DNA from: Malacoraja senta
Taxonomy: Eukaryota
NCBI GenBank assembly: GCA_038087875.1
Contig: JAXLNO010000146.1
Span: 682,001 to 746,000 of the forward strand
DNA: 64,000 nt
Direction of reading: 5' to 3'
The position numbers were made by a program, and so were the translations under genes. The notes below the pieces were generated by a model. The model saw nothing but the letters and a program-made list of their open reading frames with translations, ran no database searches and was not told the origin of the DNA. Shown here piece after piece: positions 24,787 through 37,900 of this stretch; position 1 is the stretch's first letter, and every line of letters begins with the position of its first letter.

Positions 24787-26269
24787 CTGGTGAAAAGGTG
24801 AACAGTATTAGTGCAGACACTGACAGATTACTGAGCAGAATAAGCACGTCAACAAAAGGCAACACAAACACAGAAAATGCCACAAAATACACATCAGGCC
24901 AGAGCATTTCCATGGAAGTGGATTAGTCTTTACTGTCATAATCTTCAGCCACATAGGACAGTTTAAAACACATTGCTGCCTCACAGCCCCAGAGACCTGC
25001 GATAGATCCTGACCTCTGCTGCCGTCTGTTTCAGTTTAGTTTATTGTCACGTGGACCGAAGTACAGTGAAAAGTTTTTGTTGTGTGCTAACCAGTCGGCA
25101 GAAAGACAATACATGATTAATGCACAGTCCGTGTGGAGTTTGCACGTCCTCCCTGTGACCATGTTGGATTCTTCTAGGTGCTGCCAGTTTCCTCCCACAT
25201 CCCTAAAACAAGTGGGTTTGTACCTGTTTAATCAACCTCTGTAAGTTGCTCCTAGTGTGTGGGTGAGTGGCTGAGGAAGTGGGATAACATAGATCTGGTG
25301 TGAACGGGTGATCGATTGCTGGCGTGGACTTAGAGAGCCGAAGAGTCTGTATCCATGCTGTATCTTTCAATGATTTAGTGATTCAACTTCACCCAGGCAA
25401 ACTGCAAACTCAGCAAAACATGAGGTGCTGAAGTAACTGAGCGGGTCAGGCAGCATCAGTGGTGGGAACGGACAGGCAACTTTCAGCTCTGGACCCTTCT
25501 TCAGGCTGAAAACTGTAAGCACAGGGTGTGTGCAGTGAATGCTTCTCATTCTTTCTTCTGGATGTGACTCTCAGCCATCTTTGCTCCAGATATGGAAGGG
25601 CAGGAGACAATAGCAGTAGCATGAGCAGGCCACTCAGCCCCTCAAGTCCAGCCCACCATTCAATGGGATCATGGCTGGCTATGCTGGCCTCAACTATTCT
25701 TATTTATCAACATTGTCGTTACCTCTCCAATATTTCTCAAAGCTGGAAAAAATCACATTAATGTTTTCTGGACGGGGAGGGGCTTGAATTATAAGGAGAG
25801 ATTGGGAAGGTGATTGACATTTATATTTAAACAAAGTTTATAAAATTCTGAGGGACACAAACAGGGTAGATAGTCATCATCTTTATCCTGAACTTTCAAA
25901 TATCTCCAACTTAAATATGTCTGATGATCCAGCCTCCACCACCCTCAGGCACAGAATTCCAGAGATTCACCACCCTCTGAGACAAGGATGGCACAGTGGC
26001 AGTAAGATACCTGAATTCTCAATGATACTCCGAGTCCAATGGTAGCATTCACAACTTGCTATTTTGGCATGGTGGTTACATGGTATCGGAGTGAAGCATT
26101 CTAATAGGGAAAGTTTCTTGATGCAACTACCAGTTATACATTGCAGAAACAAGGAACTGCAGATGCTGGTTTACAACCAAAGTCACAAAGTGCTGGAGTA
26201 ACTCAGAAGGTCACACAGCACCTCTGGAGAAGTGATGTTTCAGACCTATATCCAGACTGGACACAAAGT

Positions 26270-27152
26270 ATGAGTCTGTGTGTGTGTGTGTGTATGTGTG
26301 AATGAGTCTGTGTGAGTGTATGTGTGAATGAGTCTGTGTGTGTGTGAATGAGTCTGTGTGTGTATGAGTGTGTGTGTGTTTGTATGCATATGAGTGTGTG
26401 TGTGTGTATGTATGAGTCAGTGTGTGTATATGAGTGTGTGTGTGAGAATGAGTCTGTGTGTGTGAGAATGAGTCTGTGTGTATGAGTGTGTGTGTGTATT
26501 TGAGTCCGTGTGTGTGTATGTGTGAATGAGTCTGTGTGTGTGAATGAGTGTGACGTCAAGATGGCGCCGAGTGCAGGCGCTGTTGAATAATTCAGGTTTA
26601 CTGCTCTGTCTATGGCGGGTGTGTTTCTTGGATGTTATTTAAAGCATGATTTTGCTTCAGCAGCAGCCTCGACAGCAGGCTTTAAAGATTCGTTTTACAC
26701 ACTGTATATTCAACATGTTATGAAGTTACTTGGCATTTTAATATTGTGTGTGTGAATGAGTCTGTGTGTGTGTGAGTGTGAATGAGTCTCTGTGTGTGTG
26801 AGTGTGAATGAGTGTGTGTGTGTTAGAATGAGTCTGTGTGTGTGAATGAGTGTGTGTGTGTGTGAATGAGTGTGTGTGTGTGAATGAGTCTGTGTGTATA
26901 TGATTGTGTGTGTGTGTGTATGAGTCTGTGTGTGTGTATATGAGTCTGTGTGTGTATGTGTGAATGAGTCTGTGTGTGAGTGTGTGTGTGTATGTGAATG
27001 AGTCTGTGTGTATATGTGTGTGAATGAGTCTGTGTGTGTATGTGTGAATGAGTCTGTGTGTATATGTGTGTGAATGAGTCTGTGTGTGTATGTGTGAATG
27101 AGTCTGTGTGTGTATGTGTGAATGAGTCTGTGTGTGTGTGTGTGAATGAGTC

Positions 27153-27185
<33 letters not shown>

Positions 27186-28010
27186 ATGCATATATGAGTG
27201 TGTGTATGTATGGGTCTGTGTGTGTATATGAGTCTGTTGGTGTGAGAATGAGTCTGTTTGTGTGTGTGTATATGAGTCTGTGTGTGTGAGAATGAGTCTG
27301 TGTGTATATGAGTGTGTGTGTATGTATGAGTCCGTGTGTGTGTGTGTGTGTGAATGACTGTGTGTGTGTGAGTCTGTGTGTGTGTGTGAATGAGTCTGTG
27401 TGTGTGTGAATGAGTGTGTGTGTGTATATGAGTCTGTGTGTGTATATGAGTCTGTGTGTATGTGTGAATGAGTCTGTGTGTGTGTATGTGTGAATGAGTC
27501 TGTGAGTGTGTGTGTATGTGAATGAGCCTGTGTGTGTATGTGTGTGTGAATAAGTCTGTGTGTGTGTATGTGTGAATGAGTCTGTGTGTGTATGTGTGAA
27601 TGAGTCTGTGTGTGTGTGGAATGAGTCTGTGTGTGTGTATGTATGAATGAGTCTGTGTGTGTGTGTGTGTATGTGTGAATGAGTCTGTGTGTGTGTGAAT
27701 GAGTCTGTGTGTGTGTGTGAATGAGTCTGTGTGTGTGAATGAGTGTGTGTGTACGTGTGAATGAGTGTGTGTGCATGTGTGTATGTGTGCATGTGTGAAT
27801 GAGTGTGTGTGTGTATGTGTGAATGAGCGTGTGTGTGTGTATGCGTCTGTGTTTGTGTGTATGGATGACTGTGTGTGTATGTGTAAATGTGTGTGTGAAT
27901 GAGTCTGTGTGTGTATATGAGTCTGTGTGCGTGGTATACTAGTCTCTGTGTGTGTATATGAGTGTGTGTGTGTGTGTGTGTGTGAGTCTGTGTGTGAGTG
28001 TCTGTGTGAG
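26270..28010. repeat. Complex GT-based minisatellite, units like GAATGAGTCT(GT)n, interrupted by a unique ~195-bp spacer at 26551-26744
   Basis: Direct reading. It produces the spurious His/Thr ORFs. Confidence 0.95.
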
Positions 28011-28869
28011 GTGGAGGGTGTGCGTGATCAACAAATAACAAATAGCTCAAATAATATAGTCTTTCGTAGTTCAGAGCTTATTTGTTGTGTTTAATAGCCT
28101 GATGGCTGTCAGGAAGAAGCTGTTCCTCAATGTAGATGTTAGTTTTTCAGTTTACAAAAGTCGGACGTGACTCCAGAAGTCCGGGCATAAGTTAATCAGT
28201 CGCAAGCCGTCAGTCAGTCAGTCCAAAGGCCATGAGTTAATCCCAAGGCAGTGAGTGAGTCCAGATGTCATGAGTAAGTCGCTCACTGACATCCCCCACC
28301 TCGACGCTGCCCTGCGCCTGGCTATAGGATGCACCCTCTCCTGCCCCCTACTGAAGCCGCCCACATCCCCCGCTGGAGGACACCCCCCCTTTCTCATCAG
28401 CGGACGAGAGCCCCCGCCTGAAGCTGTCCCCCTCCCTTGGCTGCACGACGTTTGCCACCCCCCACCCCACCATGACAGCCCCCGCCTCAAAAAAATGTTT
28501 TGCACAAATTCTTCAGTGTTTCATTAACAACTGAAATTGTCTTTAGGCTGCTTTTTCGACATCATGTCAGGAAATGTTAGAGGTCAAGGTGATGTGCTAT
28601 TGCTGTAGCATCCTCTGGGATAGCAGCTACATTAATGCCTGGTGGAAGAACTACACATTCTCGATTCAAGGTACCCATCCAAGTGGCCGAGGATACATTC
28701 TGCAACATCGAGAAGAACTCTATGACGGTACATTTCATGAGGCAAGAGAAAGTCATCGTTTGGGATGAATGTCCAATGATTAGGAGAGAAAGCTTTGAAG
28801 CGGTGGACAGAACTCTTCAAGATGTCTGCAGCAACACTAAGCCTTTTGGCAGCATTCTTATCGTTTGTT

Positions 28870-31800
28870 AATGGCGGCGCACACAGTTGCGGCAGCTCAA
28901 TGTTCTTTCGATCGGTGCTTCGTGCTTTTTGTGTACGTGTTTTTTGTCCTGTGTACTTTCTGTCGGGCGAACAACGTCTACGGCCAGCATGATCTCCTTA
29001 GGATTGGAGCTGGTCACGAGCGGAGTGTTACAACCGAGTTTGTCCGTTCACACAAGATCCCGGTGGACATAGCGAGGAGCCCCGGCTCTCCGTGGATTAC
29101 CATCCCCGCGGGGAGGAGGCGAAGGCGGCGCAGAGAAGGCAAAAGCGAGGCTGCAGGGCCGGCGCGCTAGCCAGGCTACGGAGGCAGCCACTCAAACCAC
29201 CGCTTCCCAGCCTGTTTCTCACGAACGCCAGATCCCACGCTAACAAGATGGATGAACTGAGGCTACAGACTGCAGCTAACAATGCCGTGAAGGACAGCTG
29301 CATTCTGTTGATCACGGAGACCTGGCTTCATTCATTCATTCCGGACTCTGCTATCGAGCTAGCAGGCTACACCGCACAGCGTCATGACAGGACAAGAGAC
29401 TCCGGTAAGAGCAGAGGAGGAGGGCTCTGTGTGTACGTGAACAACTGGTGTACTAACACAGTGATTGTAGACAGTCACTGCTCCCCGGACCTGGAGTATG
29501 TGACTGTTAAATGCAGGCCCATTTATCTCCCTAGAGAGTTTACTGTCGTCATGATAACTGTTGTATACATACCACCGGATGCTAATACTATCTCGGCTAT
29601 CGGACATTTGTATGGTAGCACTAGCAGCCAGCAGAGCACATATCCTGACACTGTTCACATCATAGCAGGGGACTTTAATCACGCGGACTTGAAGGCAATG
29701 CTCCCCAAATTCTACCAGCATGTTAAATGTGCTACAAGAGGAGCTAACACACTGGACAAGGTCTACTCCAACATCAAGCTGGGCTACAGGGCTAAACCAC
29801 TACCACACCTGGGCCAGTCTGACCATATGTCCCTGCTTTTAATTCCTGCATATGCCCCCCTCAGGAAAACTGCTCCTACCATCACAACCTGGCCTGATGG
29901 TGCCTCTCAGCAGCTGCAGGACTGCTTCGACAGGACCAACTGGGATGTGTTTGAACACCAGGACCTGGAGGTGTTCACAGACAGTGTACTATGTTACATT
30001 AAAAACTGCATGGACATTGTCACAGTGGACAAACGCATCCGGGTCTACCCCAACCAGAAGCCCTGGATGACCCGGGAGGTCCAGCGGCTGTTAAAAGAGA
30101 GGAACACCACTTTTAGGTCTGGCGATAGGGCTTTATACAGCACGGCCCGAGCTAACCTGAAGAGAAGCATCAGAGGCCAAATCAGACTACAGGAGGAGGA
30201 TAGAGGACCACCTGGACAGTAACAACAGCAGGCAGGTGTGGCAGGGGATCCAGTATCTCACCAACTACAAGACCAACCTTGGAGCTGCTGAAGGTGACGC
30301 CTCATTGGCAGAGGAGCTGAACCTCTTCTTTGCTCGCTTTGAAGTGGAGCTACCAGAGACAGCCATAGCTGCAATTTTAACTGTCCCCACATTTAGACTC
30401 AGCACCATGGGTGCCAGAGCCTTCAGCTGCTCTGCCCCACGTCTCTGGAACACTCTCCCACCTCCCATCCGTCACCTGGACACTATCGATCAATTCAAAT
30501 CACAACTCAAAACACACCTGTTTAGATTAGCATACCCGACATAACTTCCACCATATTCACCCTGATTTTAATGACTTAAAATGTTTTGTGTATTTTTTGT
30601 TTTTTTTGTTTTTTGTTTTTAAATCAACTAGATTTTAATATTGATAAATGTATTGTGATTTTATGTCCTGTAAGGTGTCCTTGGGTGTCTAGAAAGGCGC
30701 CAGCAAATAAAATGCATTATTATTATTATTATTATTATTATATCACACCACATGGTCCACAGCAGCTTATCCCTCAAAATAGAGGAGCATGAGGTGAGGC
30801 GCACGCTGCGGGCCAACAATCCGAGGAAGGCTGCAGGACCCGACGGCGTCTCTGGACGCGTGCTGAAGGACTGCGCAGACCAGCTGGCTGGAGTCTTTAC
30901 GAGGATTTTCTACCAGTCTCTGTCCCAGTCCACTGTCCCACCCTGTCTGAAGTCCTCCACCATAGTCCCCTTGCCCAAAACCCCCCACATTTCCAGCCTC
31001 AACGACTACCGGCCAGTCGCACTCACACCAGTGGTGATGAAGTGCTTTGAAAAACTGGTCCGGGGTCACATCACATCACTCCTGCCCCGAAGCTTTGACC
31101 CCCACCAGTTTGCGTATAGAGCGAACAGATCCACAGAGGACGCTGTAGCCACAGCCCTCCATGCTGCACTGTCCCACCTGGAGCAGCGGGGGAGCTACGT
31201 GCGGATGCTCTTTGTGGACTACAGCTCTGCTTTTAACACCATCCTTCCCCACAAACTGGGGGACCTGGGACTTCCACAATCCACCTGCATGTGGATCAAT
31301 AGCTTCCTGTCGGGTCGCAGTCAGAGAGTCAGAGTGGGCCATCACACATCTACGGCCCTCAGCCTCAGTACCGGCTCTCCACAGGGCTGCGTGCTGAGCC
31401 CCCTGCTTTACACCATCTACACATATGACTGCACCCCCGCCCACCACAGTAACACCATTATCAAATTCGCAGATGACACCACGGTGGTGGGGCTCATCTC
31501 TGGGGGGGATGAGTACGCCTACAGGGATGAGGTGGAGCAGCTGACAGTGTGGTGTGGAGAGAATAACCTGCTCCTCAACACCTCAAAGACCAAGGAGCTC
31601 ATAATAGACTACAGGAAGAAGAAAACGGACATTACACCATTAATCATCAGAGGGGACTGTGGAGAGGGTGGCGGATTTCCGCTTCCTGGGAATCCACATT
31701 GAGGAGGACCTGACATGGAGCGTGAACACCTCTGCGCTGCTGAAAAAGGTCCAGCAGAGACTGCACTTCCTGAGGGTGCTCAGGAAGAACAACATCACCC

Positions 31801-32391
31801 AGAGACTGCTGCTGTCCTTTTATCGGTGCTCCATAGAGAGCATCCTAACATACTGTGTACGCGTGTGGTACACCAGCTGCACAGCGGCTAAGAGGAAAGC
31901 GTTCCAGAGGGCTATTGACAACGCCCAGAAGATTGTCGGCTGCCCTCTCCTCACCTTGGAGGACTTACACAGTTCCCACTGTCTCAAGAAATCCCAGAAC
32001 ATTATAAAGGACATTTCCCACCCCGGACACTCCCTGTTTGAACTGTTGCCATCAGGCAGACGGTACAGATCAATGAGGACAAGGACAAACAGACTCAAAA
32101 ACAGTTTTTATCCCACAGCAATAACTACACTTAATGTAGCCACCAAATGAGCGCAGGTGCGCTACATACCAAAGGGATTGTGAAATCGACAGAAGAATGT
32201 ATGGTTGTGTGTTTATGCTTGTTTTTTTCATGTTATTTATTTTAGTTGTTTATTTTAGATATTTCTCTTTTACGTATCGTTAGCTTTTAGATACTGTGTG
32301 AATGGTGCACTGACTGGTTGGCATTTTTAATTTCGTTGTACATGTTTACATGTTATAATGACAATAAAGAATTTCATTTCATTTCATTTCA
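28870..32391 (+). mobile_element. Near full-length Rex1/Babar LINE (APE endonuclease + RT) inserted in the Helitron helicase
   Basis: EN motifs ITETWL, IIAGDFN and SDH. RT motifs [28 protein letters not shown] and KFADDT. It ends in an (ATTTC)n tail with TSD ttgtt at 28865-28869 and 32392-32396. Confidence 0.92.
30368..30741 (+). mobile_element. L2-clade LINE 3' fragment inserted in the Rex1 element
   Basis: Reads GARAFSCSAPRLWNTLP...FKSQLKTHLF, followed by aataaa and a (tta)n tail. Rex1 sequence resumes at tcacaccac. Confidence 0.88.
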
Positions 32392-34320
32392 TTGTTGTGG
32401 CGATTTTCGACAACTACTTGCTGTGGTGAAAAGGGGAAATGATGCTGATGTTGAAAATGCCTGCATCAAGAAATCCTACTTGTGGAGACTTTTCACCAAG
32501 TTTCAATTGCACACAAATATGCGATTGAGAGGGAGAAGGCGACTATTCTCAATTTTTGTTGAAAGTTGGAGAAGACAAGATTTTAAAGAATGAAGACGAT
32601 GAAATTGAAATCCCACAAGACATGCTTCTTCTATCAGCAGAAACTGGAGGATTGTATTGATTTCATCTATCCCACATTTGACAATCCTGCAGAATTATTC
32701 TCCAACAATTGTATCTTGGTTCCTCACAACGATACCATGAGAAGCATCAATTCTACATGCATCAGACGCTTCCCTGGAATCGTTAAGGAGTACTTTTCTT
32801 TCAATGCTGTCACTGAGGGAACTCATGATACTCACTTCCCAACAGGATTCCTCGATTCACTCGTGCTCTCTGGATTACCACCAAACAAATTGGAGTTGAA
32901 AAAAGAATCTCCAATCATATTAATGAGAAACTTGGAGCCGCCAAAGCTAAGCAATAGAACGAGGATGATTGTGGAAGAGCTACACAATAATCTGATCGTT
33001 GCAAAAATGAACATGGGAGCCTTCAAAGATGACATTGTTCTCATTCCTAGGATAGCACTCATTTTGACAGAAGGTGAAGACATTCCCCTTCAGTGGTCCC
33101 AATTCCCCATTCAATCAAGTTTTGCTTTGACGATCCATAAAGCACAAGGACAAACAATGCAGAAGGTGTTGATCTACCTCGACAAACCGGTATTTCAGCA
33201 TGGACAACTATATGTGGCTCTGAGCCGAGGAAAGATGTAGGGAAATGTCAACGTTTTCCTGAAGGATGGAACATCGACCAAGAATGTTGTCATTAAAAGC
33301 GTGCTTCGTTGAATGATGACTTCCGAGATAAATTCTCAGATTTTCTTTCTTAAAATTTGACCACTGAATTTCTCTATATTAAAATTGTCTCTTTTTATCA
33401 ACAGGAAATAGTCATCAAGAGGCAGTGAGCAGCAGAACACAACAAGAGACACAACAAGAAAGAACTTAATAATTCTCATCTTTAACAATTAAATTGTTCT
33501 TATATTTTAAGTCATTCACATTTTAAACTTTAATAAATCCTTTTTGCACTTTTGATGCCTGCGTGTTCTTCATCACAATGGGAACCTAATAGGCAGGAAT
33601 GGCTGCTCTGTGGGAGGGCCACAAAGAGTGCATGGGGGGAGGTTGTGGGGAGATGCACTGAATGTGTCGGTGGGAGGAGAATGGCAAGGAGCAGAGTGGG
33701 GGTGTGAAGGGAGGTGGGGCGACTGAGTGACTGAGTGAACAGTGACTGCACTGCCAGCCCACGAGCCATGAGTAAGTGAACTGCCAGCCCACCAGCCGTT
33801 AGTGACTGAACTGCCAGCCCAATAATCCATTCAGTCCACCCTCTCCCCCTCTCTCACAGTCTGTCACCTGTTTTGGGCAGGGTTTCTGGCAGTTTCTCAG
33901 CTGCCAGCCTGCCAGGTCCGAGTGATTGTACTGCCAGGCCTCAGTGACTGAGCTGCCTGGCCTCAGTGACTGAGCTGCCAGCCCAAGAATCCATTCGGCC
34001 CACAAACTCCATACTAGCCCTCTGGAAACCAGTACCTTCGGCACACAACACCCATACTAGCGCAACTGAAAGCGCCCCCCCCCCACTGGCCAGCAATATT
34101 GGAATTGGTGGAGAGGTGGAATATTGCGTTGGGTGACCAGCCTTCCCGTGTGATGCTGGGACCCAACGGGTCCCACTTAGTCTAGTATATTTATATAATG
34201 GTATATGGACACACTGATCTATTTTGTAGTCAATGCCTACTATGTTCTGTTGTGCTGAAGCAAAGCAAGAATTTCATTGTCCTATCAGGGACACATGACA
34301 ATAAACTCTCTTGAATCTTG

Positions 34321-34975
34321 AATTGAGACCGTCAAGTATGGCATCCGCGCAACTGGGAAAAGTGATCTACAGCTGTACACACAAAAGAACCCAAAGCATG
34401 ACCCAGTAGATGTCAAGATGTGTCATAACATCAGACTGCAAGGAAGCGGTATGCAGAAGAGCTGGAGGAAAACAGAAAAGTCACAGAAGAGCTTCGCAAA
34501 AGTCTAGCTTTGACAAAGCCTATGGAGAGTAAGCGTGGAGCAAAGCAAAAGATGGACGTAGCCCAGAAGCTTGCAAAGAAAGCTCATAAACTACAACAGC
34601 AGAAGAAAAGCCAGTGATTCTTGTAGATTATAAACATGACTTTGCCCTTTAACAGATGATTCTCATCCATCAAGTAAGTTATGAGAAATGAATGTAAGTG
34701 AGCTCATGTTAGAAACACATGTTGCACAAAAAGGGAGTCTGTATCAAGGCTTGGCAAACCCATGAAAGATAATGGAAATACATTGCATCCATCAAGTAGA
34801 CGTTACTGATAAAATATAAGAACTGTTTCATTTGAAAAACAAAAGCATTCAAGAGTCTGTATGTCATAGACACCACAATGTTATTTTTTTTACCTGATTC
34901 AATCAGGTAACGTGTTATTGTATGGTATAATTTTTTTTTAAGTGTGGCGTCACCTGATGGTCAGACTACTTACTG
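34321..34975 (+). mobile_element. Possible DNA-transposon remnant (transposase C-terminal-like charged helix)
   Basis: A frameshifted stretch ...KMCHNIR/ARKRYAEELEENRK...QKKSQ* resembles hAT-like transposase tails. No clear TIR pair. Confidence 0.3.
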
Positions 34976-34984
34976 TCTAACCCT

Positions 34985-37900
34985 GTTTAAGAAGGAACAG
35001 CAGATGCCTGAAGGTACACAAAAATGCTGGAGAAACACAGCGGGTGCAGCAGCATCTATGGAGCGAAGGAAATAGGCAAAGTTTCGGGCCGAAACCCTTC
35101 TTCAGACTGATAGGGGGTGGGGGGCGGGGAGAAGATAGGAAAAAGGAGGAGGAGCCCGAGCGCTGAGGGAGAGATAGGAAGAATAGGAGACAGCAGGGGC
35201 TAACAAAATTGGGAGAATTCAATGTTCATGCCTCCAGGATGCAGACTCCCCAAGCGGAATATGAGGTGCTGTTCCTCCAATTTCTGGTGTTGCTCGCTCT
35301 GGCCATGGAGGAGACCCAGGAGAGAGAGGTCGGATACGGAATGGGAGGGGGAGTTGAAGTGCTGAGCCACCGGGAGGTCAGGTTGGTTAATGCGGACCGA
35401 GCGGAGGTGTTCGGCGAAACGATCGCCAAGCCTCCGCTTGGTCTCACCGATGTAGATCAGTTGACATCTAGAGCAGCGGATGCAATAGATGAGGTTGGAG
35501 GAGATGCAGGTGAACCTCTGTCGCACCTGGAAAGACTGCTTGGGTCCTTGAATGGAGTCGAGGGGGGGTAAAGCGACAAGTGTAGCATCTCTTGCGGTTG
35601 CAAGGGAAAGTGTCCGGGGAGGGGGTAGTACGGGAGGGAAGGGAAGAATTGACAAGGGAGTTATGGAGGGAGCGGTCTTTGCGGAAGGCAGACATGGGGG
35701 GAGATGAGAAGATGTGGCGAGTGGTGGAGTCACGTTGGAGGTGGTGAAACTGACGGAGGATTACTTGTTGTATGTGACGGCTGGTGGGATGAAAGGTGAG
35801 GACTAGGGGGACTCTGCCCTTGTTGCCAGTGGGGGGATGGGGAGAGAGCAGTGTTGCGGGGTATGGAAGACACCCTGGTGCGAGCCTCATCTATGGTGGA
35901 GGAGGGGAACCCCCGTTCCCTGAAGAATGAGGACATTTCAGATGCCCTGGTGTGGAACTGGGAGTAGGGGATGGAGTCCTTGCAGGAAGAAGGGTGGGAA
36001 GAAGTGTAGTCCAGGTAGCCATGGGAGTCAGTAGGTTTATAGTGAATGTCGGTCAGAAGTCTATCACCTGCGATGGAGATAGTGAGGTCAAGGAATGGTA
36101 GGTAAGTGTCGGAAATGGTCCAGGTGTATTTGAGTGCCGGATGGAAGTTGGTGGTGAAGTGGATGAAGTCAGTCAGTGGGTGCAGGAGGTGGCACCAAAG
36201 CAGTCATCGATGTAGCGGAGCTAGAGGTCGGGGATGGGGCCCTGGTACGTATAGAACAAGGATTGTTCGACATACCCGACAAAGAGGCAGGAGTAGCTGG
36301 TGCCCATAGCTACGCCTTGTATTTGGAAGAAATGGGAGGAGTCAAACGAGAAGTTATTGAGGGTGAGGACCAACTCCGCTAGGTGGAGGAGAGTACCAGT
36401 GGCCGGGTATAGGTTGCTTCTCTGGTCGAGGAAGAACCGGAGGGCTTTGAGACCATCCTGGTGGGGGATGGTGTAGAGTGACTGGACGTCCATGGTGAAG
36501 ATGAGGGGGTGAGGGCCTAGAGAATGGAATGCGCGGAGACGACGGAGAGTGTCTGAGGTGTATTTAACATAGGTAGGGAGGGATTTAACCAAGGGGGATA
36601 GGATGGAGTCAAGGTAGGTTGAAATGAGTTTGGTGGGGCACGAACAGGCAGAGACAATGGGTCTACCGGGACAGTCAGGTTTGTGGATTTTGGGGAGAAG
36701 GTAAAATCGGGCCATGCGGGGCTGGGGAACGATGAGGTTGGAGGCTCGGTCAGGCAGGGCGTGGGAGTTGATGAAGTCGGTGATTGTGCTAGAGATAGTG
36801 GCCTGGTGCTCGTCAGTGGGGTCATGGTCCAGGGGTAAGTAGGAGGAGGTGTCCGAGAGTTGGCGCGTGGCTTCAGCTTTGTAGAGATCGGCGCGCCAGA
36901 CTACCACGGCACCTCCCTTGTCGGCGGATTTGATAACCCAGTGTGGGTTGTTGCGGAGTGAGTCGATGGCAGTGCGTTCAGGGGGGGAGAGATTGGAGTG
37001 AGACAGGGGAGTGGAGAAGTTGAGGCGGTTGATGTCGCGACGGCAGTTTTGGATAAAAAGTTCTAAAGCCGGAGGGCCACGAGGGGGGGTCCATGAGGAG
37101 GGGGTGCGTTGGAGACGGGAAAAGGGATCATCAATGGGGGGCGAGGACTCCTTCCCATGGAAGAACGCTGTGAGGCTGAGGCGACGGTAGAAGAGCTCCA
37201 AGTCGTGGTGGGCACGGAACTCATTGAGGTGGGGACGGAGGGGGACAAAGGTAAGACCTCTGCTGAGGACAGACCGTTCGGTGTCGGAGAGGGGGAGGTC
37301 GGGGGGGGATGGTGAACACACGGCAGGGATGGGGGTTCTGGCCGGAGGAAGGCAGGTGGGTGGACTGGGGACGAGGCGATGTGTGGTGGGGGAGTCGTGG
37401 GTGGTCAGGGGGTGGGAGGTTGAGAGGGCTGTGGTGTGGGTGGGGAAGAGCAGGGGTCACATAGTTAGAGGGGGATGGGGAAGACCCAGTGGAACTGCCA
37501 CTGAGGTTACCAGAGTTGGGGGGACCGGCACTAGGACCCAGTGTAGTCAAACCCAGAGGAGTGGGAATCAGCAGCGTGGAGGCTTCGGGCCCAGTGCAGA
37601 GTCCAGTTTGCAGGTGAGGTGACGGCTGCTGGAGGGAGGTGCAGTGGGGAGGGTCAGCGGACCCGATGGTAGGAGTCCGTGGGCGGTAGAGTCGGGGTCC
37701 GCGGGCGATGCGTGGGAGGTCCCGGTGGGCGGATGGTCGGTGGGGCGGCGCGGTTCGGCCAACCTGATGAGGCGGCGAGATGAGTCGGGTGCGGTGCGGC
37801 GGCCATGTTCGGGGAGCCCCGTTCCGGCAGCCATGTTGAGTAGGTCCGGTCCGGCGGCGATGTTCAATATGCCCAGTGCGACGGCAATATTGGGCGGGCC

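Larger units (their letters stand above)
28153..34185 (+). mobile_element. Helitron derivative (Pif1-like helicase only; Rep domain not seen); 5' boundary approximate
   Basis: Helicase motifs ASSGIAATLMPGGRTTHSRF, IVWDECPM, GDFRQLL, FALTIHKAQGQT and QHGQLYVALSR. The 3' hairpin gggaccc-aac-gggtccc (34158-34174) is followed by CTAG (34182-34185) and then T. Confidence 0.88.

Noticed and set aside
25505..25580. Possible TRIM first exon (ATG GCT GAG AGT... TLCLQF)
   Set aside because: There is a stop after 10 codons, no C3HC4 spacing and no B-box.
26270..28010. CRISPR-like repeat-spacer appearance
   Set aside because: The spacers are just variable (GT)n, the context is eukaryotic, and there are no cas genes.
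26710..28050. 446-aa and 317-aa His/Thr-rich ORFs
   Set aside because: These are translations of the (CA)n minisatellite, which lacks stops on this strand. There is no sign of a real gene.
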